A program made the position numbers and the translations under genes. Shown here one piece after another: positions 9,123 to 22,212 of a stretch of 64,000 bases of DNA (position 1 is its first letter; every line of letters starts with the position of its first letter). The notes beneath the pieces were generated by a model. It saw only the letters and a list, made by a program, of their open reading frames with translations. It did no database searches and was not told the DNA's origin. Source of the stretch: Acidobacteriota bacterium (GTDB lineage Bacteria > Acidobacteriota > Thermoanaerobaculia > UBA5066); NCBI GenBank assembly GCA_029781975.1, contig JAKOVQ010000016.1, positions 530,086 through 594,085 on the forward strand, read 5' to 3'.

Positions 9123-10247
9123 TCAGTCGAGGTGGACGACCGCGTTGACGCTCATCCCCGCGCGGAGCGGGCGCCGGGGGTCGGGCGGGTCGGTCAGGAC
9201 GATCTTCACGGGGACGCGCTGGACCACCTTGACGAAGTTGCCGGTCGCGTTGTCGGGAGGGAGGAGGGCGAACTTCGCCCCCGTCGCCCCGGAGAACGAG
9301 TCGACCTTCCCGTGGAACGAGCGGCCCGGGTAGGCGTCGACGTCGACCTCCACCTCCTGGCCGGCGCGCATCTTCCGGAGCTGGGTCTCCTTGAAGTTCG
9401 CCACCACCCAGGGCGTCGCGTCGTCGACGACGGCGAGGAGCGGCTGCCCCATCTGGACGAACTGCCCGACCTCGACGTTCTTCTTGGAGACGAGGCCGGT
9501 CATCGGGGCGGCGACGACGGCGTACGAGAGCTGGAGCTCGGCCTCGGCGAGGGAGGCCTTCCGCTGCGCCACCTGCGCCTCGGCGGCCGAGACCTGCCGG
9601 AGGGCGCTCTGCGCCTGGGCCCGGGCCGACTCGATCTGGGCGGCGGCCGCCTCGACCTGCGCGGCGGCGGCGTCCCGGGCGGCGACGACCGCGTCGTACT
9701 GCTGCCGCGAGACCTCCTCCTTCTTCACGAGGGGGGAGAGCTTCTCGACGTCCCCCTTCGCCTTCTCGAACGCGACCTTCGCGGCGGCCAGGTGCGCCTG
9801 GGCGACGGCCACGGCGGCGTTCGCGGCCGGGACCGCCGCGTGGGCGACGGAGACCGCGGCGGTGGCGTTCTCGACGGCGGCCTGCGCGGTGTCGACCTTC
9901 GTCTTCAGCTCGCGGTCGTCGATCCTCACCACCGGCTGGCCGGCGGTCACCTTCTGGTTGTCGTCGACGAGGACCGCCGTGACGTAGCCGGAGACCTTCG
10001 GGAGGACCGGGGCGATCCGCGCCTCCACCTGCGCGTCGTCGGTGACGGCGTTGTGGAGGTAGAAGTGGACCGTGTGCACCCCCCAGGCGGCCGCAGCCAG
10101 GAGCGCGAGGACCCCCGCCGTCCGGCCGACGAGGGCGCCGATGCCAGGGCGCCTCCGGTGCGGAGGCGGGGCGGAGCGCTGCTCCTCCGGCTCCGGGGCG
10201 GGGGAGGTGGTGAGCTTCAGGGGCTGCGTGTCGGCCATTCTGGTCAC
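9123..10247 (-). CDS. HlyD/EmrA-family membrane fusion (periplasmic adaptor) protein
   Basis: 374 aa; single N-terminal TM, long Ala/Gln-rich coiled coil, C-terminal beta domain (NFVKVVQRVPVKI); GTG start with in-frame ATG 3 codons in. Confidence 0.9.
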   Translation of the reverse strand: MTRMADTQPLKLTTSPAPEPEEQRSAPPPHRRRPGIGALVGRTAGVLALLAAAAWGVHTVHFYLHNAVTDDAQVEARIAPVLPKVSGYVTAVLVDDNQKVTAGQPVVRIDDRELKTKVDTAQAAVENATAAVSVAHAAVPAANAAVAVAQAHLAAAKVAFEKAKGDVEKLSPLVKKEEVSRQQYDAVVAARDAAAAQVEAAAAQIESARAQAQSALRQVSAAEAQVAQRKASLAEAELQLSYAVVAAPMTGLVSKKNVEVGQFVQMGQPLLAVVDDATPWVVANFKETQLRKMRAGQEVEVDVDAYPGRSFHGKVDSFSGATGAKFALLPPDNATGNFVKVVQRVPVKIVLTDPPDPRRPLRAGMSVNAVVHLD

Positions 10248-10269
10248 TCCTGCGAGGGCGGCGTAGGGG

Positions 10270-11877
10270 TCAGTCCTCGCGGCCGGGGACGAGCTCCCCG
10301 ATCCGCCCGGTGGCGCGCGCGAGGTCGATCGCCGCCTGGGCGGCGCGGGCGATCGCCGCGACGCGGTCCTCCGTGGCGGCGGCGAAGGAGGTCTGGGCGT
10401 TGTCGACCTCGATGCTCGAGGCGACGCCGTTCGAGAAGCGGTCGCGCGCCACGTCCAGCTCCTCGGCGGCGAGCTTCAGGTTGTCCTCGGCGAGCTCCAC
10501 CCGGCTCCGGGCGGTGGCGACGGAGAGGAGCGCCCGCCGGACCTCCTCCTCCACCTGGCGTCCGGCCTCGGTCCGCCGGGTCTCGAGCTCGCGGCGCCGG
10601 ATCCCGGCCTCGGAGCGGCGCGCCTTCAGGAGCCCGCCCGTGAAGACGGGGACCGTGACGCCCGCGTAGATCCCGCGCGTCCACCTCAGGTCGCCGAGGT
10701 CGTTCCCGCTGTAGCCCCCCTGGAGCTGGACGCCGAGGACGGGAAGCCGCTCGGCGTCTGCGGCCTCGACGGCGAGGCCGGCCGCCGACACCCGCTCGTC
10801 GGCGAGCCTCAGCTCGGGCCGGCTCCGCCGGGCGTCGGCGAGGGCCGTGGCGATGTCGGGCGGGGCCGGGGGGACGGCGAGCGCGTCCGTCAGCTCGACG
10901 TCCGAGGCCTGGTCGAGACCGGCCGCGTGGAGGAGGGCGAGGCGGGCCGCGTCGCGCGCCTCCTCCGCCGCGGCCAGCGCCTGCTCCTGGCGCGAAAGCT
11001 GGACGAGCGCCCGCGTCGTGTCGAGCCTCGTCCCGACGCCGGCCTTCCGCTGGTCCTCGGCGAGGTCGGCGAGCTTCTCGAAGAGCTCGACGTTGCTCTT
11101 CAGCGCGTCGACGCTCGCCTGCGCCTGGAGGACCGACGTGTAGAGGGTCGAGACGGCGGCCGCGACGTCGTTCTCCGTCGTCTCCCGCTCCGCGACCCCC
11201 ACCGCGACGCCGGCCCGGGCGGCGTGCCAGCGCGCCCGGGCGGCGAGGTCGATCACGTTCATCGCCGCCGAGACCCGGGCGTCGGTCACGTTGAACGGGG
11301 GGATGACCCTCTGGCCGGGGATCGTGAAGCCGAACGTCTCCAGGTCGATCGACTGGTTCGACTGGGCCAGCTTCGCCTCGACGTGCGGCAGGAGGGCGGC
11401 ACGGGCCTGATCGGCCCGCGCGGTCGCCTCCTCCACGCGTTGTCCCGCGAGGGCGGTCGCCGCGCCCTGGGTCAGCGCCAGCCGAACGGCCTCGGACCGC
11501 GAGAGCCGGACGGTCTCGGCGGAGGCGGGGGCGGCGGCCGACCCGAGGCCCGCGAGGGCCGCCAGCGCCGTGAGGAGAGCCGCGGCCAGGGCCTTCCCTC
11601 CCGGCCGGGTCGCGCGCTCGTCGGCCGCGAGCCACTCCTCGACGTATCCGGGGAGGTTCCGGAGCGCGACCGAGCGCCCCTTCCACGCCGCCAGGGCGGC
11701 CAGCGCCTCGCGGCAGACCGACGAGACCTCGGCGAGGTCGAGGACGACGGAGTCGCCCCGCCCCAGGGCGCCCGTGACGAGGCCGTCCACCTCAGGGAGG
11801 GACGTCGGGCAGAGCCGGCCGGCCAGCGAAATCTCGAAGGAACGGGGGGTCGGGCTGGACGTCTCGATCCGGAGCAT
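10270..11877 (-). CDS. TolC-family outer-membrane efflux factor (OMF) with in-frame N-terminal STAS (anti-sigma-factor-antagonist-like) domain
   Basis: ATG at 11877 (MLRIETSS...). Residues 1-95 look like a STAS fold (ISLAGRL...SVVLDLAEVSSVCREALAALAAWKGRSVALRNLPGYVEEWL), then ALAAALLTALAALAGLGSAAAPASA (signal peptide-like), then two OMF repeats (TolC). No ATG/GTG/TTG between STAS and signal peptide; only GGAGGG-N6-CTG. 22 nt upstream of emrA-like gene. Confidence 0.8.
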   Translation of the reverse strand: MLRIETSSPTPRSFEISLAGRLCPTSLPEVDGLVTGALGRGDSVVLDLAEVSSVCREALAALAAWKGRSVALRNLPGYVEEWLAADERATRPGGKALAAALLTALAALAGLGSAAAPASAETVRLSRSEAVRLALTQGAATALAGQRVEEATARADQARAALLPHVEAKLAQSNQSIDLETFGFTIPGQRVIPPFNVTDARVSAAMNVIDLAARARWHAARAGVAVGVAERETTENDVAAAVSTLYTSVLQAQASVDALKSNVELFEKLADLAEDQRKAGVGTRLDTTRALVQLSRQEQALAAAEEARDAARLALLHAAGLDQASDVELTDALAVPPAPPDIATALADARRSRPELRLADERVSAAGLAVEAADAERLPVLGVQLQGGYSGNDLGDLRWTRGIYAGVTVPVFTGGLLKARRSEAGIRRRELETRRTEAGRQVEEEVRRALLSVATARSRVELAEDNLKLAAEELDVARDRFSNGVASSIEVDNAQTSFAAATEDRVAAIARAAQAAIDLARATGRIGELVPGRED

Positions 11878-12048
11878 CGTGCCTCTCTCGGGAGAATCGA
11901 TTTCAAGTTCGAGGCCATTCGATCGGTGCCGGTAACCCTTGGTTGCGCAACCTTTTCCCGGGGCGGGGTGGGTCCCGGTATTTCGTGAGTCACGACATGT
12001 CGTCACGCTATTTCGGGACTGACCGCCTGCGGGCCATAGAATCGACCT

Positions 12049-13674
12049 GTGGCCGCCCCCGAGGACCGGTACCGGGCTCTCCTCCTCGTCTCCGAGGCCG
12101 CGAACGCCGAGCGGGCGCTCGACGCCGTCCTCTCGGCCGCGAGCGCGGCCCTGAACCGGATCCTGAGGGTCGACTCGGTCGGGATCTTCGAGCTCAGGGG
12201 GGAGACGCTCACCGTCCGCGCGGTCCACGTCCACGGGATCGAGGCGCGCCCCGGAGAGTCGATCGTCGAGGCCATCCGGCGCGCGGCCGGCCTCCCCCAC
12301 GACCTCGACCTCCCCCTCACGCGGAGCCTCCCCCTCGCCGGGACGGGGACGGAGCACGTGATGCGGACTCGCCGGGCGCACCTCTGCCCGAGGCTGGGGG
12401 AGGGGGAGAGCTTCGCCGAGGACGAGCGGCTGCGCCTCCTCGGCGTGCAGACGTACGTCCGCGCGCCGATGCTCGTCCGCGAGAGGTTCATCGGGTCGAT
12501 CTCCTTCTCGAGGACCGAGAAGCTCGCGAGGGGCCCGATCGAGGCCTTCACCGAGGAGGACCGCGACTTCCTGGAGGCCGTGGCCCGGCCGATCGCCGGC
12601 GCCGTCGCGAACGCCCTCGCCTTCGAGGAGATCGCCCGGCTGAAGACGCTCGTCGAGAACGAGAACGTCGCCCTGAGGGAGGACCTCGACGCGGTCGCGC
12701 TCTACGGCGACATCGTCGGCGCCTCCGGGGCGATCCGCGACGTCCTCGCGCAGGTCGAGAGGGTGGCGAGGACCGACTCGACCGTCCTGATCACCGGGGA
12801 GACCGGGACCGGCAAGGAGCTGATCGCGCGCGCCATCCACCGCCGGTCGCCGCGCGCCGAGCGGGCGCTCGTGAAGGTGAACTGCGCGGCGCTCCCCGCC
12901 TCGCTGATCGCGTCGGAGCTCTTCGGCCACGAGCGCGGGGCGTTCACCGGGGCGGTCCAGCGCCGGCTCGGGAGGTTCGAGCTGGCGTCGAACGGGACCC
13001 TCTTCCTCGACGAGGTGGGGGACCTCCCGCCCGAGACGCAGAGCGCCCTCCTGCGCGTCCTGCAGGAGGGGGAGTTCGAGCGGGTCGGAGGGACCCAGAC
13101 GCTCCGGACCGACGCGCGCGTCATCGCCGCGACGAACCGCGACCTCCACGGGGAGGCGGAGCGGGGGAGCTTCCGCCGCGACCTCTTCTACCGCCTCAAC
13201 GTCTTCCCGATCGAGGTCCCACCCCTCCGGGAACGGCGCGAGGACGTGCCGATCCTCGTCCAGTACTTCGCCGCGCAGCACGGGGCGCGGCTGGGGAAGA
13301 GGGTGAGGCGCGTCGACCGGGCGAGCCTGGAGAGGCTGGTCGCCTACTCGTGGCCCGGGAACATCCGCGAGCTGGAGAACGTCGTGGAGCGGTCGATCAT
13401 CCTCGCGGAGGGGGAGACGCTCGTCGTCCCGGAGTCGCTCCCCGGCCGGGAGAAGGCGCCGGCCGAGGGGCCCGGCCCGGTCCCGACGCTCCGCGAGGCG
13501 GAGCGCCGGGCGATCGAGGCCGCCCTGTCGGCCGCGGCGGGGCGGGTCGCCGGGGCCTCGGGCGCGGCGGCGCGCCTCGGCGTCCCGCCGAGCACGCTCG
13601 ACTCGCGGATCAGGAAGCTGGGGATCGAGAAGGGGAGATTCCGCACGGGAGCGCGCGGGGCGGCGAGGAGCTGA
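12049..13674 (+). CDS. sigma-54-dependent transcriptional activator (enhancer-binding protein) with N-terminal GAF sensor domain, no receiver domain (FhlA/NifA-type)
   Basis: GTG start; GAF-like N-terminus, AAA+ sigma54-interaction domain (GETGTGKE Walker A, GAFTGA motif as [14 protein letters not shown] Walker B), C-terminal Fis-type HTH. Confidence 0.92.
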   Translation: MAAPEDRYRALLLVSEAANAERALDAVLSAASAALNRILRVDSVGIFELRGETLTVRAVHVHGIEARPGESIVEAIRRAAGLPHDLDLPLTRSLPLAGTGTEHVMRTRRAHLCPRLGEGESFAEDERLRLLGVQTYVRAPMLVRERFIGSISFSRTEKLARGPIEAFTEEDRDFLEAVARPIAGAVANALAFEEIARLKTLVENENVALREDLDAVALYGDIVGASGAIRDVLAQVERVARTDSTVLITGETGTGKELIARAIHRRSPRAERALVKVNCAALPASLIASELFGHERGAFTGAVQRRLGRFELASNGTLFLDEVGDLPPETQSALLRVLQEGEFERVGGTQTLRTDARVIAATNRDLHGEAERGSFRRDLFYRLNVFPIEVPPLRERREDVPILVQYFAAQHGARLGKRVRRVDRASLERLVAYSWPGNIRELENVVERSIILAEGETLVVPESLPGREKAPAEGPGPVPTLREAERRAIEAALSAAAGRVAGASGAAARLGVPPSTLDSRIRKLGIEKGRFRTGARGAARS

Positions 13675-13736
13675 GGCGAGCGCCCCCCGTCGGGCCGTGG
13701 ACGGAGCCGCGGACGCCCGTACTAAACTCGCCGCGC

Positions 13737-15698
13737 TTGAGCCAAGACCCCAGCGGCTCCTCGCTCCCCGGCCCCGGCGAGCGAGGGTCGTCCGACTCCT
13801 CCACCGGTGTCACCAGGCACGCCCCCGGGCCTCCGCACGGGAAGTACCTGCTGTTCCTCTCCCTCGGCGCCCTCGGGGTCGTCTTCGGCGACATCGGGAC
13901 GAGCCCCCTCTACGCGCTCCGCGAGTGTTTCTGGGGGCCGCACGCCCTCCCGGTGACCGAGGCCAACGTCCTCGGGATCCTCTCCCTCATCTTCTGGAGC
14001 CTCGTCCTGGTCATCTCCGTGAAGTACCTCGCCTTCGTCCTCCGGGCGGACAACCGGGGGGAGGGCGGGATCCTGGTCCTGATGGCGCTCCTGAGGCCGA
14101 GCCCGAAGGAGCGGTCGCTCCGGACGATGACGCTCGTCGCGATCGGGCTCTTCGGGGCGGCGCTCCTCTACGGCGACGGCATCATCACCCCCGCCATCAC
14201 GGTCCTCTCCGCCGTCGAGGGGCTGGAGATCGTCACCCCGGCGTTCCGCCCGTACGTCGTCCCGCTGACGGTCGTCATCCTGATCGTCCTCTTCTTCTTC
14301 CAGAAGCACGGGACGGCGCGCGTCGGCGCGGTCTTCGGCCCGGTGATGCTCGTCTGGTTCGTGGTCCTCGCGGCGCTCGGCGTGACCCACATCTTCGCGG
14401 TCCCCCGCGTCCTCCTGGCGCTCAGCCCGCACCTCGGCGCCGCCTTCTTCCTCCGGAACGGCCTGCACGGCTTCCTCGTCCTCGGCTCGGTCTTCCTCGT
14501 CGTGACGGGCGGCGAGGCGCTGTACGCCGACATGGGGCACTTCGGGCGGCGGCCCATCCGCGCCACCTGGTTCGCCCTCGTCCTCCCCGCCCTGGTCCTG
14601 AACTACTTCGGCCAGGGGGCCCTCCTCGTCGCCCGCCCCGCGGCCGCCGAGAACCCCCTCTACCGGATGACGCCCTCCTGGGGGCTCGTCCCGATGGTCG
14701 TCCTGGCGACCGCGGCCTCGGTCATCGCGTCGCAGGCGGTCATCTCCGGCGCCTACTCCCTGACGCGGCAGGCGATCCAGCTCGGCTACATGCCGCGCCT
14801 GAAGATCGACCACACCTCGGCGCGGGAGATCGGCCAGATCTACCTCCCCACCATCAACTGGCTCCTGATGGTCCTCTGCATCTGGCTCGTCCTGGCCTTC
14901 GGCTCCTCGAGCCGGCTCGCGGCCGCCTACGGCGTGGCGGTGACCACGACGATGGTCATCACGACCGTCCTCCTCTTCGTCTACGCGCGCCAGGCCTGGA
15001 ACGTGAAGCTCGCGCCGGCCCTCCTGGGGGCCGGCGCGTTCCTGGTGGTGGACCTCGCCTTCTTCGGGGCCAACATCGTCAAGATCGGTCACGGCGGCTG
15101 GTTCCCGCTCGTGGTCGCCCTGGCCGTCTTCACCCTGATGACGACGTGGAAGCGGGGGAGGCGGATCCTCGCCGACCGCCTCCGCGAGGCGACGATGCCG
15201 GTCGACCTCTTCCTCACCGACATCGCCGCCCGCCACCCGCAGCGGGTGAAGGGGACGGCGGTCTACATGGACCGGATCCCGGAGGGGGTCCCGCCGGCGT
15301 GCCTGCACAACCTCAAGCACAACAAGGTCCTGCACGAGCGGATCGTCTTCCTGACGATCGTCACCGACGAGGTGCCGCTCGTCAGGCCGCGCGAGCGGGT
15401 CCAGTCGGAGAGCCTGGGGCACGGCGTCTGGCGGATGACGCTCCGCTACGGCTTCATGCAGGACCCCGACGTCCCCAAGGCGCTCGAGCGGGTGAAGCTC
15501 GACGGGATCCCGATCGAGCCGATGGCGACGACCTTCTTCCTGGGGCGCGAGTCGCTCATCGCGAGCGAGCGGCCCGGGATGGCGAAGTGGCGCGAGCACC
15601 TCTTCGCCTGGATGGCGCGGTCGGAGGGGCGTGCGACGGCCTTCTTCAACATCCCGCCGGGCCGCGTCGTCGAGCTCGGCCTGCAGGTCGAGCTCTGA
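13737..15698 (+). CDS. kup: KUP/HAK/KT-family potassium uptake transporter
   Basis: Real part of the 1251-aa ORF begins near [23 protein letters not shown] (Kup signature N-terminus) and continues with 12 TM helices plus cytoplasmic C-domain; start codon uncertain (no ATG/GTG in frame nearby; TTG at ~13737 proposed). Confidence 0.85.
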   Translation: MSQDPSGSSLPGPGERGSSDSSTGVTRHAPGPPHGKYLLFLSLGALGVVFGDIGTSPLYALRECFWGPHALPVTEANVLGILSLIFWSLVLVISVKYLAFVLRADNRGEGGILVLMALLRPSPKERSLRTMTLVAIGLFGAALLYGDGIITPAITVLSAVEGLEIVTPAFRPYVVPLTVVILIVLFFFQKHGTARVGAVFGPVMLVWFVVLAALGVTHIFAVPRVLLALSPHLGAAFFLRNGLHGFLVLGSVFLVVTGGEALYADMGHFGRRPIRATWFALVLPALVLNYFGQGALLVARPAAAENPLYRMTPSWGLVPMVVLATAASVIASQAVISGAYSLTRQAIQLGYMPRLKIDHTSAREIGQIYLPTINWLLMVLCIWLVLAFGSSSRLAAAYGVAVTTTMVITTVLLFVYARQAWNVKLAPALLGAGAFLVVDLAFFGANIVKIGHGGWFPLVVALAVFTLMTTWKRGRRILADRLREATMPVDLFLTDIAARHPQRVKGTAVYMDRIPEGVPPACLHNLKHNKVLHERIVFLTIVTDEVPLVRPRERVQSESLGHGVWRMTLRYGFMQDPDVPKALERVKLDGIPIEPMATTFFLGRESLIASERPGMAKWREHLFAWMARSEGRATAFFNIPPGRVVELGLQVEL

Positions 15699-15702
15699 GG
15701 CG

Positions 15703-18392
<2,690 letters not shown>

Positions 18393-18396
<4 letters not shown>

Positions 18397-20624
18397 GGCT
18401 CGGGCGGCAGACGCGGCGGCTCGAGGCCGCGGGGCGCGCCTTCGACCTGGGGCGCGCCGCGAACGGCGTCGTGACGATCGCCGCCGCCGACGACCTCGCC
18501 TTCGCCGCCGCCCTCGGCTTCGCGCACGCCCTCGACCGCCCTCTCCAGCTCCTCCTCGTCCGCGCGATCGGCCAGGGGCGGCTGGCGGAGCTGGTCGACG
18601 ACACGGACGAGGCGCTCGCCGTCGACCTCTTCTTCCGCCACCTCGGCTTCGCGGCCGGCGCCCGGGCCGAGGCCGCCCGTCTCGCGGGCGCCGCGCCGGC
18701 TGCCGCCGAGGCGTGCCGCTGCTACGCCGCCGGCGTGAACGAGGGGCTCCGGCGCGGCGGCCTGCCGTGGGAGCTTCGCCTCGTCGGCTTCCGCGCCGAA
18801 GGCTGGGAGCCGGCGGACACGCTCCTGACGCTGAAGCTGATGTCGTTCGTCGGGCTCGCCCAGACGCAGCTCGACGCCGAGACGCTGATCGTCCAGGCGG
18901 TGAAGGAGGGCGTGGCGCTCGGCAAGCTCCGGGCGCTCTTCGCCCCGCACCTCGACTCCCTCACCGAGGAGCGGGCCGCGCTGCTGCGCTCCGTCCGCCT
19001 CGAGAAGCCGTTCCTTCCGGGCGGGGTCCGCTTCGACGGCCTCCTCGCGGGGCCCGGTACGGCCCTGCCGTCGCTCCACGCCAGCAACAACGTCGCCGTC
19101 GCCGCCGCGCGCTCGGCGACGGGCGGGGCGCTCGCGGCCTCCGACCCGCACCTCGAGGTAAACCGCCTGCCGGCCGTCTGGGCCGAGGTGGCCGCGCGCG
19201 TGGGGGGCGAGCCGCGGATCGGCGTCACCGTCCCGGGGGTCCCCGGTCTCGTCATGGGGAGGACGGGCCGGATCGCGGCGACCTTCACCTACGGCTTCAT
19301 GGACCAGGCCGACCTCTTCGTCGAGGAGGTGCGCGGCGGCGCCTGCCGGCGAGGCGACGGGTGGGAGCCGCTGGCCGCCCGGCGCGAGACGATCCTGAGG
19401 AAGAAGCACCCGCCCCTCGCGCTCTCGGCGTTCGAGACGGACGCCGGGACCCTCGAGACGCCGCTCAGGGCCGACCCGCCGCCGGACGGCCTCCACCTCG
19501 CGCGGGCCTTCGCCCTCGACGGGCGGGGCGGCGCGGAGACGCTGACGGCCCTCCTCGCCCTCTGGCGGGCGGGGGACGTCCCCGGGGCGCAACGCGCCCT
19601 CCACGACTGCGCCGTCTCGGCCAACTGGCTCCTCGCCGACTCGGGGGGACGGATCGGCTACCAGCAGACCGGCCTCCTCCCGCGGCGCGCCTCGGCGGAC
19701 CTCGCGCCCCTTCCCGCGTGGGAGCCGCGGAGCCGCTGGGACGGGTTCGTCCCCGGAGGCGAGCTGGCGTCGGTCCTCGACCCGCCCGACGGCCTCCTCG
19801 TCACCGCCAACGACGCCTGGAACCCGCCCGGCGGCCCCGCCGCCGTGACGCTCGACATGGGGGACGACCGCGCGTCGCGCATCCGGGCCCTCCTGGCGGG
19901 GAAGGCGAAGGTCTCCCCGGACGACCTGAAAGGGGTCCAGCGGGACCTCGTCTCCCGCCAGGCCCAGCGGCTCCGCCCGCTCTTCGCGCCGCACGTCCCC
20001 GCCGGGCCGCTGCGCGACCTCCTCCTCTCGTGGGACCTCTCCTACGACGCGGCCTCGCGCGGCGCCGTCCTCTTCGAGCGGATCTGGGCGGCGGTCCTGG
20101 CCGAGGTCTTCGGGGCGCGGACCTTCGGCGCGGACGCCTGGCGGACGCTGGTCGAGCGGACCAGCCTCGTCGGCTACTACTTCCGCCGGCTCGACGACGT
20201 CCTGGCGGACGGCGACGAGGAGCTCTGGTTCGGTCCGGAGGGGAGGACGGCCCTCCTCGCGCGCGTCGTGCCGGGCGCGCTGGAAGGGCTCGACGCGGCG
20301 AGCGTCCCGACCTGGGGCGAGACGCGCCGGGTCGTCATGGCGAACCTCCTCCTCGGCGGGAAGCTCCCGCGCTTCCTCGGCTTCGACCGCGAGATCGTCC
20401 TCGTCGGGAGCCGCGCGACGGTCGTCCAGGGGCAGGTCCTGTCGGCCGGCGGCCGGACGACGACCTTCGCGCCGTCGTGGCGGATGGTGGCCGACCTCTC
20501 CCGCGACGACGCCGAGACCGTCCTGGCGGGCGGCCCCTCCGACCGGCGCTTCTCCGGGTGGTACGCGACCGACCTCGCCCGGTGGCTCGGCTTCGCGTAC
20601 AAGACGGTCCGCCCGCCCGCCTGA
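18393..20624 (+). CDS. penicillin amidase / AHL-acylase family Ntn-hydrolase, no detectable signal peptide
   Basis: GTG overlapping GH63 stop (GTGA); real part of the 1210-aa composite ORF; nucleophile motif LHA|[24 protein letters not shown] at ~residue 229; ~744 aa; N-terminus [20 protein letters not shown]... lacks hydrophobic signal. Confidence 0.85.
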
Positions 20625-20645
20625 CCGCGGCCCGGCGGGGCGGCC

Positions 20646-21977
20646 TCAGACCTTCAGGTCGTAGCCTTCCTTCCTCGAGACGTAGACGGCGCAGGTGGCG
20701 TCGCCGATCACGTTGGGGACGGTCCGGGCCATGTCGAGGAGCCGGTCGACCCCGATGATGACCGCGATCCCCTCCGCGGGGACGCCGACGGAGGTGAGGA
20801 CGAGGACGAGGAGGGGGATGGAGCCGCCGGGGACGCCGGCGGTGCCGATGGCGGTCAGGACCGCGAGGAGGATGACGAAGAGCTGCTGGCCGACGCTCAG
20901 GTGGATCCCGAAGACCTGCGCGAGGAAGACGCACGCGACCCCCTCGAAGAGGGCCGTCCCGTTCATGTTCATCGTCGCGCCGAGCGGGAGGACGAACCCG
21001 GCGATCTGCGGCGGGACGCCCAGGTCGCGCTCGGAGACCTCGATCGTCGTCGGGAGCGTGGCGCTCGAGGAGCTGGTGGAGAAGGCGGTGACCATGACCG
21101 GTCGGACCTTCCGCAGGAACGCACCCGGGCTCACCTTCGCCAGGAAGCGGAGGAGGATCGGGTAGACGCCGAGGACGAGGAGCGTGAGCCCCGCGAGGAC
21201 GGTGACGACGAAGAGGAGGAGCTGCTTGAGGATGTCGAAGCCGAAGCGGGACGTCACGGAGAAGATGAGGCCGAAGACGCCGTACGGAGCGAGCCGCAGC
21301 GCGAACTCGATGATGACGACCGTGACGTCCGCGAGCCCCTCGAGGAGCCTCATCCAGAAGCTCTTCTTCTCGGCCGAGAGCTTCGTCACGCCGATGCCGA
21401 ACATCAGGGCGAAGAAGATGACGGCGAGCATGTCCCCCTTCGCCGCTGCCTCGACGGGGTTCCGGGGGATGACGTTCACGAGGAGAGACGGCCCGAACTC
21501 GGCCTTGCCGGCGGTGCCGATGCGGGAGGCCGCCTCGCCGCGGTAGGTCTCGAGGAGCTTCTCCCGCGTCGCCTGCGGCAGCCCCTCGCCGGGGCGGAGC
21601 GTGTTGACGAGGACGAGGCCGATCGCGACGGAGCAGGCGGTCACGAGGACGAAGTACCCCATCGTCCGGGCGCCGATCCGGCCGAGCCGCTTCAGGTCGC
21701 CGAGGCTCGCCACGCCGAGGGCGAGCGAGCTGAAGACGAGGGGGATCACGACCATGAAGAGCATCCGGAGGAAGAGCTGCCCCACCGGGACGAAGAGCCA
21801 CCGGTTCGCGGCCTCGACGAGCTCGGGGGCCCGCGGGACGACCAGGAGGTTCGCGGCGACCCCGCAGACCGCCCCGAGGAGGAGGCCGAGGAGGATGCGA
21901 TTGGAGAGCGCGCCCTCGGCCGGAGGCGTGGAAGGCGTTGCGCCGTCGGGGGATGTCATGGCGCGACAGGATGCCAT
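20646..21977 (-). CDS. dicarboxylate/amino acid:cation symporter (DAACS, GltP/DctA family)
   Basis: Start set at ATG 21977 (MASCRAMTSPDG...; alternative ATG 21959); 8+ TM helices and re-entrant-loop motifs typical of EAAT/GltP fold. The 47 upstream codons of the annotated ORF are the antisense of tRNA-His (GERRGSNPRPSEPQSDALPTEL) and are not coding. Confidence 0.9.
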   Translation of the reverse strand: MASCRAMTSPDGATPSTPPAEGALSNRILLGLLLGAVCGVAANLLVVPRAPELVEAANRWLFVPVGQLFLRMLFMVVIPLVFSSLALGVASLGDLKRLGRIGARTMGYFVLVTACSVAIGLVLVNTLRPGEGLPQATREKLLETYRGEAASRIGTAGKAEFGPSLLVNVIPRNPVEAAAKGDMLAVIFFALMFGIGVTKLSAEKKSFWMRLLEGLADVTVVIIEFALRLAPYGVFGLIFSVTSRFGFDILKQLLLFVVTVLAGLTLLVLGVYPILLRFLAKVSPGAFLRKVRPVMVTAFSTSSSSATLPTTIEVSERDLGVPPQIAGFVLPLGATMNMNGTALFEGVACVFLAQVFGIHLSVGQQLFVILLAVLTAIGTAGVPGGSIPLLVLVLTSVGVPAEGIAVIIGVDRLLDMARTVPNVIGDATCAVYVSRKEGYDLKV

Positions 21978-22035
21978 CCCCGGGGGGATGCCGGGTGGGG
22001 GCTTTTCTGATACCCTCCCCCGTCCGAATGAGCGC

Positions 22036-22112
22036 GGTGAGAGTAGCTCAGTCGGTAGAGCATCGGACTGTGGCTCCGACGGTCGCGGGTTCGAACCCCG
22101 TCTCTCACCCCA
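22036..22112 (+). tRNA. tRNA-His (anticodon GTG)
   Basis: Manual fold: G-1 + acceptor GTGAGAG/CTCTCAC, D-arm GCTC/GAGC, anticodon stem TCGGA/TCCGA with loop CTGTGGC (GTG), T-arm GCGGG-TTCGAAC-CCCGT, discriminator C pairing G-1 (His identity), CCA encoded. Confidence 0.9.
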
Positions 22113-22134
22113 CTTCACCGGCTCTTTCCCAGAT

Positions 22135-22212
22135 GCGCCCGTAGCTCAGCCCGGATAGAGCGTCAGACTCCGGATCTGAAGGTCCCGCGTTCGAATCGCG
22201 GCGGGCGCACCA
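22135..22212 (+). tRNA. tRNA-Arg (anticodon CCG)
   Basis: Acceptor GCGCCCG/CGGGCGC, D-arm GCTC-AGCCCGGATA-GAGC, anticodon stem TCAGA/TCTGA loop CTCCGGA (CCG), T-arm CCGCG-TTCGAAT-CGCGG, discriminator A, CCA encoded. Confidence 0.9.

Noticed and set aside
11943-13730. N-terminal 600 codons of the 1251-aa ORF ending at 15698
   Set aside because: Overlaps the sigma-54 activator gene in a different frame; Kup homology begins only near 13740.
21978-22118. N-terminal extension of the DAACS transporter ORF (MKWGERRGSNPRPSEPQSDALPTEL...)
   Set aside because: This is the well-known conceptual translation of a tRNA gene's antisense strand (tRNA-His 22036-22112); true start is ATG 21977/21959.
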